A DNA stretch of 63,153 nt, filler included, from Stramenopiles sp. TOSAG23-3 (lineage: Eukaryota), in assembly GCA_900128585.1 (NCBI GenBank). It is 9 parts of 9 records of this genome, joined end to end, with 100 filler letters (N's around TTAATTAATTAA, not from the genome) between each part and the next. Parts side by side here need not be neighbours in the genome. Positions count along the whole stretch, not along the records: positions 29,157 to 38,761 come from LT642901.1; positions 38,862 to 48,465 come from LT642902.1; 7 more parts are not named here. One strand, 5' to 3'. The translations under genes and the position numbers were made by a program. The notes under the pieces are model-generated. The model had not been told where the DNA came from and searched no databases. It saw only the letters and a program-made list of their open reading frames with translations. This document shows positions 29,440 through 40,066 of this stretch, piece after piece (within the stretch, counting starts at the first letter, position 1; each line of letters starts with the position of its first letter).

Positions 29440-31814
29440 ATGAGCAAACGAGGGAAACGGTCGATAGGGCACCCTGGGAATGATGACATCGTTGCCTTTC
29501 TTACGGATTATGGGGCAAAACTGCTCCGCCGGGGACAACGCCACTACTCCCATGCGGTGAAGAAAGCAGTCCGCAGTGTAAAACACCACCCGGACGTTAT
29601 CGTTACCATACAGCAGGCCCAAGCGCTGAACGGCGTTGGGGTGAAACTGGCCCACTTGATAGGAAAAGTAATAGACGAAAGGGAAGGTGAACCCCCCCCC
29701 CCCACAGCAGCAGTAGCACAAGTTCCAGTGCCAGCGCCCGCACTAGCAGCGCCTCCTCCTCCACCGCACCGCTCACGGCAAAGGCAGCGTGGACCGTCGC
29801 GGACGACAAGGTCATCGTCACCGAGCAGCAGAGAGTCGGCAACAAGTGGGCGAAGATCGCCAAGCTGCTGCACGGCCGCACCCACAACGATGTAAAGAAT
29901 AGGTGGCATGGGTTTTTGAAAATGCGGGTCAAGGATTACGACGAATTGTTCCCTATAGTACCGCCTGCTGCCCGGCGCACGGCAAGGAGCACGAAGCGCC
30001 ACGACGTCATCGACCTTTCGCAGCAATCGAGCGATAGCAACGCGGACGACGCATCGGGGGGGGACGACGATGGCGCGGCCGCCGCCGACGCAGGCCAGCC
30101 CACCATTGCCCTCTTGCGGTCGTTGGCGACTAGCGCCGTCGACCGTACCAGCTCTTCAAGCCCCGTAGACAGCGACGACGAGATTCTGATAAATTTTGCC
30201 AAGCGCAAAGTTTCTGCGTCCACGAACCCCGAGCCTCGCCACCGCATTGTCTTGTCCGACGACGAAAACTCGCCGGACGAGGGGACGCACCTGACGCTCG
30301 CGGAGCGCATTGCAGCGCGCTGTACGCAATCGTCAGAGGTCGGCGAATCGACGGGGCTGGTGGGGTCCCCTTCGGTGTCGCCCGTAGCCCCTGCGGGAAG
30401 GTGGGGATTGGGCGAGGGAAGAAGCGTTGGTGGATTGGACTGCAGCGTTAGCGACGACGATTTCACCCCAGGGTCCATGCGAAGCCTGCGTGACACCAGG
30501 CGGATGAGGCCCCCGCGGCCCGTGACCGTGATGATGTCGCAGCCGGTGATGCCGACCTCGTACGACGACGAACCCGACTTGTTTGGCAGCAAACGGCCGC
30601 GGTCAAAGAAGCGTGCCGCCGACGACAGCAACGTTTCAACGAAGCAGGCCAGCAGCTCTTCACGGGCGCCGACCAGGCTTGCTCCGCAGGTCTCCCCTCG
30701 GCCCGCGTACGCCTCCCCGACGGGGGCAACGCTGTTCCGGGCCAACTCTCTGCCGCTTGCATCCCACCGGCAATGGGTTCAGAATGCAAACGACAACAGC
30801 AACGTAGGGTGCGAAGGCCCTGAGACGCCATCCCCGAACAATATATGGTCCGTAACCCGCGACGGGTCGGCGTCGAAGCGGGACGACTGGGACATAGTGC
30901 TGCTGCTAGACAACCGAGAAGTTAGGTCGAAAAACGACCGGGAGTACTTTCATCGAAAGTTGTTGGGGAAAGGGGTGCAGTGCGAGGTTCGGAGCCTCCC
31001 GCTTGGCGACATGATGTGGATCAAGCGCAGCCGGACGGGGAACCGGGAAGAGTGGGTGCTAGACTACATTGTCGAGCGCAAGCGCGTAGATGACCTGGCG
31101 GCATCCATCGTCGACCGAAGGTACGTGGAACAGAAATACCGCCTGGGCAGCTGCGGCCTCTCCAAGGTGATCTACCTGGTAGAAGGGGACGTTGCTCGGC
31201 AGAACAAGATGCCCCCGGACGCGTTGCACAGCGCGATAGTGGAGTCCAGGATTATGAACGGGTTCGTGGTTCAGCAATGCGATGATGCGACAGGCACGGT
31301 CGAGTACTTGGCCGACCTTCACGAGCAAATATGCGAGTTGAATCCTTTCCCGGTTCTGAAGTACGCTGCGTTTGTGAAGCGCAGTGGTAAAATGAACAAG
31401 ATAACCGTGTCCCATATATTTGGCCGACAGTTGTGCCAAATTTTACAGGTAAGTGGGGACAGGGCAAGGGCGATTCTCCAAGAGTACCCGACGCCGTCGT
31501 CTCTCTTTGGCGCCTACGCAAACGCCACGGTCGACGAGAACGAAGAAGATGAGCCAGAGAACGCCGTAGAGACCCTCCGGGCGAAAAAAGGGTTCCTTCT
31601 GGAGAATATCAAGAGTTACAATACAAGGATCGGGCCAAAACTTAGCCAAAATATTTACCGGCTCTTCTCTGGTGATTACGCCACCATCACCAAGCCGAAA
31701 AAGAAACGAAAAACCCGGGCGGCGTCCAGGAAGGCCGGCAAGGATGATGCACTTAAGAGCGAGAGCGCCGCGTCGGGGAGCCGGGCGCAAAGCAGTATAG
31801 AGATGACCGTGTAA
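29440..31814 (+). CDS. MUS81: Crossover junction endonuclease MUS81 with an internal Myb/SANT domain; frameshift at C12 run 29692-29703
   Basis: N-terminal HhH (AQALNGVGVKLA); ERCC4 motifs LLLDNRE, LPLGDMMW, IVERKRVDDLAASIVDRRYVEQKYRL, YLVEGD; C-terminal HhH2 (QLCQILQVS..AILQEYPTP..RIGPKLS). Confidence 0.9.
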
Positions 31815-32035
31815 AAGAAGTTCAAAAATACTTTTAACTTGTGTGCTAAAAAAATGTAAAATGAGGAATATAATATCGTAATTTCAAAACTACAGAACCA
31901 AGTTAGGATTAGGGTATGAGGACGCTAAATTTAATTACTTATATATAAATAACAGCCAATTTTCTTGTTTTTATAATATCGTATCTTAAGAACAGCATAT
32001 ATTTGTTTATCGTAAGAACTCTAACTCGTAGCACT

Positions 32036-33655
32036 TTACAGCAACACGGTCAGCACGATCCTGTCGTGCTCCAACATTCCCGCGCCGTGCATTCCTCGAA
32101 GCCTGGCGAAAACCCGGGTAAGATAATGCACGCCCACGTTCGCGGCGCGCTCTCCCTTTTCGTCACGTTCGTACATGCCGTCCCAAAACGAAGGGCCAAC
32201 GTACTCGGCCATGTACTTGGACGCCCATTTGATTGCGCAGGCGCACATGGTCGCATAAATTTCTCTGTAGAATGCATCTCTTGTGTACACTCGAACGTCG
32301 AAGAAAGGGTTCTTGGACTTGTCGCCCTTGTCCAATTTTTCAAAACGGTCGTAGTACGCGTCTAAATACTCTTTGTCCATCTCGAACGATTGAAAGTCTA
32401 CCGACATCATCAAGAAATAAACCAGTTCCCAGCCGATCCGACCGGGGGACGTGAGCTGGAAATCGACAAGCACAACGTCGTTCGCACCCCCCACCACTGT
32501 CTTGTTTTGTGGAAACAGGTGGTTCCATCCATGAAAATCGCCATGGGTCAGGGTGTACGGGTCCACTTGGTTCAGGCAAGCGCCGTAGAAGCCCTCTTCG
32601 CTGCAAAGTTCGCGCAGCCTTCGGCACGATCGACGTACACTGTCGGATCGAAAAATATTCTCCTGAATTCCGACTTTGGCCAAGACTGCGTCTCCCGATG
32701 GGGAGGCCCACTGATCCAACATTTTCTCCACGGAGCCGTCTTTGTGGAGATCTGTCATCGGGCGGTTAATGAAGTTCTTTGTACTTGCCCCGATCATTAC
32801 GTTCTTGTACCATGGGTTCCATTTTGGCAATATTTTCAAGTACGATGGAGGGGGCAGGCGGACTTGCGGCACCGAGAACCGGTACAGTGACGGGGACGGC
32901 ACCGATGGGGACGCTTCAGGATTTGGTAAAGCCCCACCAATGCGATTGAAAAATTTGTAATGCAGCTGCGCTATGTTTCGAAACGCGGCCAACACCCACG
33001 AAGGGCGAAGGCCTTTGCCCTGATAACACGGCCGATGGGTTTCATGAAACGATTCCGTTATTACTATGGTTCGAAATGCGGGACGAAAATTAAATAACAG
33101 AAAGAGCAGTGAATTGTACCTCGGGACCACGTCCAAATGGGACGTGGCGGTAAAGTAGGTGACTGGGATTTTGATCCCCGAGTCATCAAATGCCCGCCTC
33201 GCGTAGTCGTACACTGCTACCTCGGCTGCGTTTGTCACACTCACGTCCATTCCCCAAACAACCGCCAACAGCCGATTGGTAAAAGACTCGGTCGATCCCG
33301 AATCCGCGTCGAAGATCTTCACAATCGCATTTTCTGGAACTTTTGGGTCGTTCTCCGGCCCACACTGGAACGATATTCGTGCGACCGAAGCGCTGCTGAT
33401 TCCCCCACCGTTATCCTTTGTGATCCCCTCTTGCACTTCAACTTTCAACGGTTCAACCTGGAACGACTCAATGTGTTCGCTAAAATGGGCTCTTAGGAAC
33501 GACAGTGTTATCGAATTGCAGTCTTTTGGCAGATTCAACGGCAATCGTTTCTTCCGTTTTCTATAAAAGTATATTGCTATGAACAGCACAGCCGAAAGGC
33601 TATACCCAGTTCTGGACTTGAAAGCCCGCACTAATCTAGAAAAAACGCCGCCCAT
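32036..33655 (-). CDS. APH/choline/ecdysteroid kinase-like phosphotransferase with an N-terminal membrane anchor
   Basis: TLTHGDFHGWN and VLVDFQ motifs; IVKI lysine. Confidence 0.8.
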   Translation of the reverse strand: MGGVFSRLVRAFKSRTGYSLSAVLFIAIYFYRKRKKRLPLNLPKDCNSITLSFLRAHFSEHIESFQVEPLKVEVQEGITKDNGGGISSASVARISFQCGPENDPKVPENAIVKIFDADSGSTESFTNRLLAVVWGMDVSVTNAAEVAVYDYARRAFDDSGIKIPVTYFTATSHLDVVPRYNSLLFLLFNFRPAFRTIVITESFHETHRPCYQGKGLRPSWVLAAFRNIAQLHYKFFNRIGGALPNPEASPSVPSPSLYRFSVPQVRLPPPSYLKILPKWNPWYKNVMIGASTKNFINRPMTDLHKDGSVEKMLDQWASPSGDAVLAKVGIQENIFRSDSVRRSCRRLRELCSEEGFYGACLNQVDPYTLTHGDFHGWNHLFPQNKTVVGGANDVVLVDFQLTSPGRIGWELVYFLMMSVDFQSFEMDKEYLDAYYDRFEKLDKGDKSKNPFFDVRVYTRDAFYREIYATMCACAIKWASKYMAEYVGPSFWDGMYERDEKGERAANVGVHYLTRVFARLRGMHGAGMLEHDRIVLTVLL

Positions 33656-33874
33656 GTTCTCAGGAGAACGCCAACAATCACAACCAAAACATATCACAAT
33701 GTTTCTATTTTGTGTTTATTTGATTACTTCATTTTCAACAATTTGTCTCTTATACCTCGTAGTCGTCTAATAAGTGTACGTTGACGGATTAAAGAATGTG
33801 ATTTGCTGCTTTTGAAAATTATTTTATTATTAAAAAAAAAAAGAACACAACAATTATTTTTTTCTTCTTCTTCT

Positions 33875-34035
33875 TCGAAAGAAGAAGAAGAAGAAGAAGA
33901 AGAAGAAGAAGAAGAAGAAGAAGAAGAAGAAGAAGAAGAAGAAGAAGAAGAAGAANNNAGAAGAAGAAGAAGAAGAAGAAGAAAGAAGAAGAAGAAGAAG
34001 AAGAAGAAGAAGAAGAAGAAAGAAGAAGAAGAAGA
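33875..34035. repeat. (GAA)n microsatellite; similar tracts at 38862-38991 and (TTC)n 58080-58169
   Basis: Directly visible. Confidence 0.95.
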
Positions 34036-34236
34036 GATAAGAGAGGAGGACGAGGAGGTCCCTCCCACCAACAACTCGACGAATAATTTTTTACAAAAAA
34101 TATTATTAATATCTTCTTTTGTTTATTTATATATCATGCTGTGTTTATGTTGTATATTAGACACAAAAAAAAAAGATATTTTCACAATCACCACCATCCA
34201 TGTTGTGCTCCTGTGCTCCTCCTTCATCAGAAGAGA

Positions 34237-34497
34237 TCAAAAAATGATTAAACCACCTGGTTTCTTCCCTGCTGTGTCCCATACTTGTTTTATTTGTTCA
34301 ATTCCTTCGTTCGGTGAAAAGGAAGCGTACCCATCTTTCTTCGAAATGAATCTCATCTTTCTTCGAAATGATTTTTCACTAAATAATAAGTTTGCGATCA
34401 ATGGGATACTTTTGTCTCCAATTCGATTATACGATAGGTCAAGCATCGACAATGAATGCATCTGCGTGAAACAAATTTTAGTATTTACTATGCGCAC
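34237..34497 (-). CDS. Short leucine-rich-repeat ORF or gene fragment
   Basis: LSMLDLSYNRIGDKSIPLIANLL fits an RI-like LRR consensus. Confidence 0.45.
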   Translation of the reverse strand: MRIVNTKICFTQMHSLSMLDLSYNRIGDKSIPLIANLLFSEKSFRRKMRFISKKDGYASFSPNEGIEQIKQVWDTAGKKPGGLIIF

Positions 34498-34752
34498 AGC
34501 ATTAAAATAGAATATCTGGTTATTTAGGAATGTGAAACAAATTGTTTCACGATGATTATTCTTATTTAGAAAAAATATTAATTAGTTAAAAATAAAAGAA
34601 GAAATTGTTTCACGATTCTATATTCTATAATATTAATATTCTGAATGATTATTATTATATAAAATATTATTATTATAGAAGACGATACGATTAGAAAACT
34701 GCACAACAAATAATGAACTGACACGTTTGTTGAGACGGAATAGTCTTTATGA

Positions 34753-36321
34753 TTATGCTTCGCCTATGCTTTTCAAGTAATCCAAAGCAGGTTCCCGCCA
34801 CATTTCAGCAATTGAGACGGTCCCGCCGCCGGATAATTCTCCACTGATGCCAAGCAGAACGCCCAAGCATCGTTGTATCGTAATAACTTGAGGTTCGCAC
34901 GATTCCAATTTGTCGCGGTTTTCGTTCAACCACATCTCAACTTCAAGCGGTGCGATGCCCTCGGGGACACCCACTCTTTGCAAGTCATCCATATTCATTC
35001 CTCGATGGAAGCACATCAGCGCATACGCCAGCATAAACACCCGATCGCTTTTTTCGCTAGTCAAACCAAATTCTTTGGTAAATTGAATGGTCTTATCGTC
35101 GTCTTGGTCCGACACTGCCACAAGCAATTTCGCCAAAGTTCTTCGTTTACCTTCGTCCATTGTGGCGACACCACCGTAATCGATCAAGCCCAGCCGGCCG
35201 TCTTCCATTAGAAGGATGTTGCCAGCATGCGGGTCGCTATTGTAGACACCATCTTCAAAGACTTGGTGGGAATGAACCTCGTTCAGCCACCTTAATATGC
35301 GAGGCCCGTTGATCGGTACAGTGGATTCCACTACATCGTACCCTCCCAAACGGCCAACCGCGGAGGAAATCGCATTGCTTGCTTTTGTAATCCCAATGTA
35401 AACATCCATCATCGTTTCCGATGGGCCCGACGTGGCCATCAATTTGCGATATTCTTTTGGGTCTTTCAACTTTTCTGCCATGCGCTTCTTGAATTCTTTG
35501 GCGGTCAATCCGTCTTTAGCAGCATACTCTTTCACAAGGTGCTTCAGGGTCGCTCGGATCGGCGCGCCCTGTACCTCTTCCATTGTCAAGACCTTTTCGC
35601 TGCAGAGGGCATCGTAATAATCGGGGATGTACACCTTCTTTGAAAATTTCTTCAAACAATTGTTTCTGCACAACCTCATGTTCCTTGCTTCTTTGCGGTA
35701 GTCGAATTCATTATCAAACGTGCACCGAACACCTTCCATCACACCAACCATCTTGTCCGAGTATTGGGGATCCAACGAAACCATTGCCTTTATCGTTTCA
35801 AAATCCAGACGAAAATATTTTTCAACGTCTGGGTACTGTACTTTGACGACGACCTTGGTGCCATTCTTCAATGTCGCCCTGTGAACTTGGCCGATGGACC
35901 CAGATCCTATTGGTTTCTCGTCGAAGGTTTCATATAGTTCATTCAGCGGTTTCCCTAAATCTTCCTCGACAACCTGCTTAATTATTGCAAATGATTTTGT
36001 GGGGCACTCGTCCAACAAAACGGACAGTTCCTCTTCGAACTCTTCGGGCAGTATTCCCATACCGCACATTGTTTGCCCTAATTTTATGTAGTACCCACCA
36101 AGGTCCGTGCACAATTTCAAGAGTTGCGGCGCATATTTTCTGTTCAATTCTTTCTTCTTCTCCCTGTCTTCAATATTTTGGTAGCTGTATGCCATCGGTA
36201 CTACCGCCGTGCAAAATCTCCACGACCGCCTTCTCCCTTCGTCCGCGGCAATGAAAGCTCCAGTGCCTACCGCGCTCGCAACGGTGACCCCCGCTATTCC
36301 TTTTAGTATGGTTTTGAACAT
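34753..36321 (-). CDS. ABC1/UbiB (ADCK) atypical kinase
   Basis: YIKLGQ, PIGSGSIGQVHRA, VVVKVQYP, EFDYRKEARN, NSDPHAGNI and LIDYG motifs. Confidence 0.95.
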   Translation of the reverse strand: MFKTILKGIAGVTVASAVGTGAFIAADEGRRRSWRFCTAVVPMAYSYQNIEDREKKKELNRKYAPQLLKLCTDLGGYYIKLGQTMCGMGILPEEFEEELSVLLDECPTKSFAIIKQVVEEDLGKPLNELYETFDEKPIGSGSIGQVHRATLKNGTKVVVKVQYPDVEKYFRLDFETIKAMVSLDPQYSDKMVGVMEGVRCTFDNEFDYRKEARNMRLCRNNCLKKFSKKVYIPDYYDALCSEKVLTMEEVQGAPIRATLKHLVKEYAAKDGLTAKEFKKRMAEKLKDPKEYRKLMATSGPSETMMDVYIGITKASNAISSAVGRLGGYDVVESTVPINGPRILRWLNEVHSHQVFEDGVYNSDPHAGNILLMEDGRLGLIDYGGVATMDEGKRRTLAKLLVAVSDQDDDKTIQFTKEFGLTSEKSDRVFMLAYALMCFHRGMNMDDLQRVGVPEGIAPLEVEMWLNENRDKLESCEPQVITIQRCLGVLLGISGELSGGGTVSIAEMWREPALDYLKSIGEA

Positions 36322-36925
36322 TTCTTTATGTATGGGAGTGTAGCAGTAGATTCTTTGCTACGATAATTCGCCAACGTCATATACAATGTAGCATTTCAGA
36401 AACGCATTTCATTATCTACTCTCTGCTTTATCATTTTAATTGTTTGTCTAAAATTCAATGTTGCTTTTTACTTGATGATGATAATAATAATATTTTTTAT
36501 AATTATTATTTTAAAAAAAATAATTATTATTAATAATAATATTAATAATAATAATAATAATATTATTATAAAATAATAATAAAAATATAATATTATTATA
36601 TTAAATATGAACACAACAACAACAACAAAGAAGAGAAAAAGTTTGTCGAAGAAGAAGAAGAAAGAAGAAGAAGAAAGAAATATTATTAGTCTATTATAAT
36701 ATTAATATAATAAAAAGAAGAAAAAATAAAAAGAAGTGTCTCGATGTTGTTGTTGTGTTTGCGTTGTACATTATATAACCACCACATAGTTGCATTTTTA
36801 ATTATAACAAAATAATAACCTGTATGATGAATTATTTGTATTGTTGAATGTATGAATTATTTGTATTGTTGAATCATCAGCAGTCCTTTGTCCTCCTCCC
36901 GCACGTAACACAGGCATATTGAGGA

Positions 36926-38425
36926 TTAGGACCTATAGTCACCGTTTTCTTTCACGTATTCATAGGATAAATCTGCACCTCTTACAACAGCATTACCTGA
37001 CCCAACGCCCATGTCAACATAGATGTTCACACACCGCTGGTGGGGCGGGTACGTCACAGGGATTGAAAATTCTAAGGTGGGCGTGCCGCTATCGTTGGTT
37101 TCCCGGATCGCCGGCGAACTAGAGTACAACGTCGCCGTTTCAAAACACGATTGCACGTACGATTCGTTCTCTTCGTTTATACAAAACTCTTCGTTCTCGT
37201 AGACGACCGCGTCCCCGATCGATATTCTCAGGTTCTTTGTCAACTTTGTCGCGTCGGTGGGGTCCTGGACAGTAGTGCCGATGTAGTCCCCGATCGCGCT
37301 AAGCATGCGACCGAGGTTTGGGTCGTTTCCCCAGACGGCGCATTTGAACAGCGGCGAGTTTACGATGGCCTTTCCCACTCCTTTGGCCGTCTCGAAATCT
37401 GGGGAGCCACTAACTTCAACTTTCATCACGTGCTGCACACCTTCACCGTTTCTCACGACGTCCTCGCACAGTGCGTCGCACACGTCGAACAGTGCGTCTT
37501 CCAACTGGGCTTCGACTTTCATTTTCAAACCGTCCGAAATTTCAACTTCCCCCGACGACATCGCGACGACCGTGTCCGAGGTGGACTGGTCGGAGTCTAC
37601 CGATATGCAGTTGAAGGTTCTGTCCACGCACCGTGTCAGCATGGCCTGCAACGATTCTTTCGATGCGGGTATATCGGTGAGAATGTACACGAGCATTGTT
37701 GCCATGTTTGGCTCGATCATTCCTGCCCCCTTTGCGATGCCAACTACACTGCCAGACCCCTGCTCGCCCAAACTTATGGTCGTCGAGCGGACTTTTGGAT
37801 ACAAGTCGGTGGTCATAATGGCCTCTGCGGCATGAAGGATGCTCTGGTCGGATGCCGACTCCGGATCGCACAGTTGCGGCAAATGGTCTACCATGTCCCG
37901 AATGGGGAGACCCCACCCAATGACGCCCGTCGAACTCGGCAAAACGCAGCAATTGCCGGCATTGTCGCCGCTGCCGTTGTTCTCGGCTGCTTGCGCCAGC
38001 AACAACTTTAAACACGTCTCCGAGACTTCCCGTGACTCTTTGACGCCTCCACCTTTCGGGCGTACGTTGGAAATTTTATTGTTCACGACAACGCCTTTTA
38101 AATTTTTCCCGCTCCGCAGCATTTCGCGGCCCAAAATAACAGGCGCGCCCGGGAACGCGTTCTTTGTAAAAACGGCGGCCCACGACTGGCACGCCTGTTT
38201 GTTGGCTTGAATAAGGGTCAAGTTCATGCTGGCGTCCATGCTGGGAAGCTCCGCTGGGTGGAACCGGAACGATGTCGAATTCACAGAAAAACCTTTAGGG
38301 AGAGCCGCCTGGGACTTCAAATATGACAGATGCTCTTCGGCGGAACGGAAACTCTCCGCGGCACCAGCACTACTGTACCGTTTCATGGAAGGCGGGCGCA
38401 CCGCCTTCAACCCTCGCTGCAACAT
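36926..38425 (-). CDS. argJ: Ornithine acetyltransferase / glutamate N-acetyltransferase (ArgJ) with an organellar presequence
   Basis: AAVFTKN, SSTGVIG, AIMTTD, KGAGMIEPNMATML autoproteolysis motif, FNCISVDSDQSTSD, NGEG, NDPNLGR, and C-terminal DLSYEYVKENGDYRS. Confidence 0.97.
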   Translation of the reverse strand: MLQRGLKAVRPPSMKRYSSAGAAESFRSAEEHLSYLKSQAALPKGFSVNSTSFRFHPAELPSMDASMNLTLIQANKQACQSWAAVFTKNAFPGAPVILGREMLRSGKNLKGVVVNNKISNVRPKGGGVKESREVSETCLKLLLAQAAENNGSGDNAGNCCVLPSSTGVIGWGLPIRDMVDHLPQLCDPESASDQSILHAAEAIMTTDLYPKVRSTTISLGEQGSGSVVGIAKGAGMIEPNMATMLVYILTDIPASKESLQAMLTRCVDRTFNCISVDSDQSTSDTVVAMSSGEVEISDGLKMKVEAQLEDALFDVCDALCEDVVRNGEGVQHVMKVEVSGSPDFETAKGVGKAIVNSPLFKCAVWGNDPNLGRMLSAIGDYIGTTVQDPTDATKLTKNLRISIGDAVVYENEEFCINEENESYVQSCFETATLYSSSPAIRETNDSGTPTLEFSIPVTYPPHQRCVNIYVDMGVGSGNAVVRGADLSYEYVKENGDYRS

Positions 38426-39264
38426 ACCAAAAACGCAGCTGGATACCGTTAGAGGTGGGAACGACAATACTTGTATTAATGCGTACTATTTGTGCGTACA
38501 AAGAGAGAAGAAACAAACCGTGTATATATCAAGGGAGAAATAAATAAAAAAATTGTTGTTTCCCTCTTCTACAAATGTGTATGAAGTAATGTAATTATTT
38601 CAAACCGACCAATGATAAAATAGTAAATATTGTATTATATAATTTTTTTTAATTATAGTTTTTTAAATAAAAAAAAAAAAGAAAAAAGATCCTCCCCCTC
38701 AATCTCATCCATTCTTCATTCATTCATTATAATATTACGTGTTGTTGTTGTTATTTATTATNNNNNNNNNNNNNNNNNNNNNNNNNNNNNNNNNNNNNNN
38801 NNNNNTTAATTAATTAANNNNNNNNNNNNNNNNNNNNNNNNNNNNNNNNNNNNNNNNNNNNAAAGAAGAAGAAAAAAGAAGAAGAAAAAAGAAGAAGAAA
38901 AAAGAAGAAGAAAAAAGAAGAAGAAAAAAGAAGAAGAAGAAGAGAAGAAGAAGAAGAGAAGAAGAAGAAGAAGAGAAGAAGAAGAAGAAGAATGTAGTTG
39001 TTGGAAGAACAACAAAACACCACCGACCATCATCATCATCAATATAAATATATCGATCACCACCACGTGTTCTACTTATTCGAACGCGCGATCAGCCGGT
39101 CATCCTTTTTTATTGCATTTAACTTCGTTTTCCGCTTCCTTTTTTTGCTTAATTTTAATTTCAAATCTACAGTGCACATATGCTTCTTCAGGGGGGCGGA
39201 GTGGAGCACCAAAAAAAAAGTCTATTGTTTCCTGGTAAGAAATTAAGTTTGAAGTTTCGTGGGC

Positions 39265-39825
39265 ATGAGTGAGAAAACCCAGGACGCTATTGGAGAGCAA
39301 AACTCAGAGCTTCTTTCGAAAGTCTTGGAGCGCTTGCAGGATGCGCTTTTCGAGCCCTGTGCGGTCGCGGTTGGACTTGTAGATGAACCTGGTGGTAAAA
39401 TGGATAGTGATGAAGAAAGCGATCAAGGGGTTGATCTTTCTCAGTGGAATATGCCATCTAGTAATAGCGGCGTGGAGTTCAGAGAACGCGTCCAAGAGTT
39501 CGAGGTGGAGCACTTCCCTGCATTCATGGACACAAGTGACGAGTTTACGTTAGAGCAAACAAACATTCACGGTCAATTCCAGTCAATGTTTGAGGATGAA
39601 ATCGTGTCGATCTTGCAGGATGAGTTTGGCATCACTAACAGGGAGTTTTATATGTTACTCAACACACTGCAGAAAAACGCCGAAGAGTCTGAGCTTCTGT
39701 ACAATGGGTCTGCGGAACTACTCGGATTACTCCACACAATTTTGGATTTTGAATATTTTTGTAAGGATATGAAGGCGAAGGCAGTGAAGCTGAAGGGCGA
39801 TTGTCCAAGTTCCTCCCACAAATAG
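39265..39825 (+). CDS. BART (ARL2/ARL3-binding) domain protein, CFAP36/ARL2BP-like
   Basis: F.DTSDEFTLEQTNIHGQFQSMFE..I..IL..EFGIT..EF and DFEYFCKDMK. Confidence 0.7.
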   Translation: MSEKTQDAIGEQNSELLSKVLERLQDALFEPCAVAVGLVDEPGGKMDSDEESDQGVDLSQWNMPSSNSGVEFRERVQEFEVEHFPAFMDTSDEFTLEQTNIHGQFQSMFEDEIVSILQDEFGITNREFYMLLNTLQKNAEESELLYNGSAELLGLLHTILDFEYFCKDMKAKAVKLKGDCPSSSHK

Positions 39826-40066
39826 GGACTGTGTTCATAAATAGTGAAAATTTTCTTAAGAATTACGATGTTCTTAATCTCGTGGGGGGGGTTATTATAC
39901 ATTTTTAATTTTTCTTTCAAAAACAAAAAGCTGTTGTTATTTTTTCTTTTTTTTTTACCAAAAAAACACTACTAAAATAAAAACCAAAATGCGTATTATA
40001 AAAAAATACGTTTTTTTTCATCCAATTTGATTAAACACAATTATGTTGCTGATACCAAATCACAAA

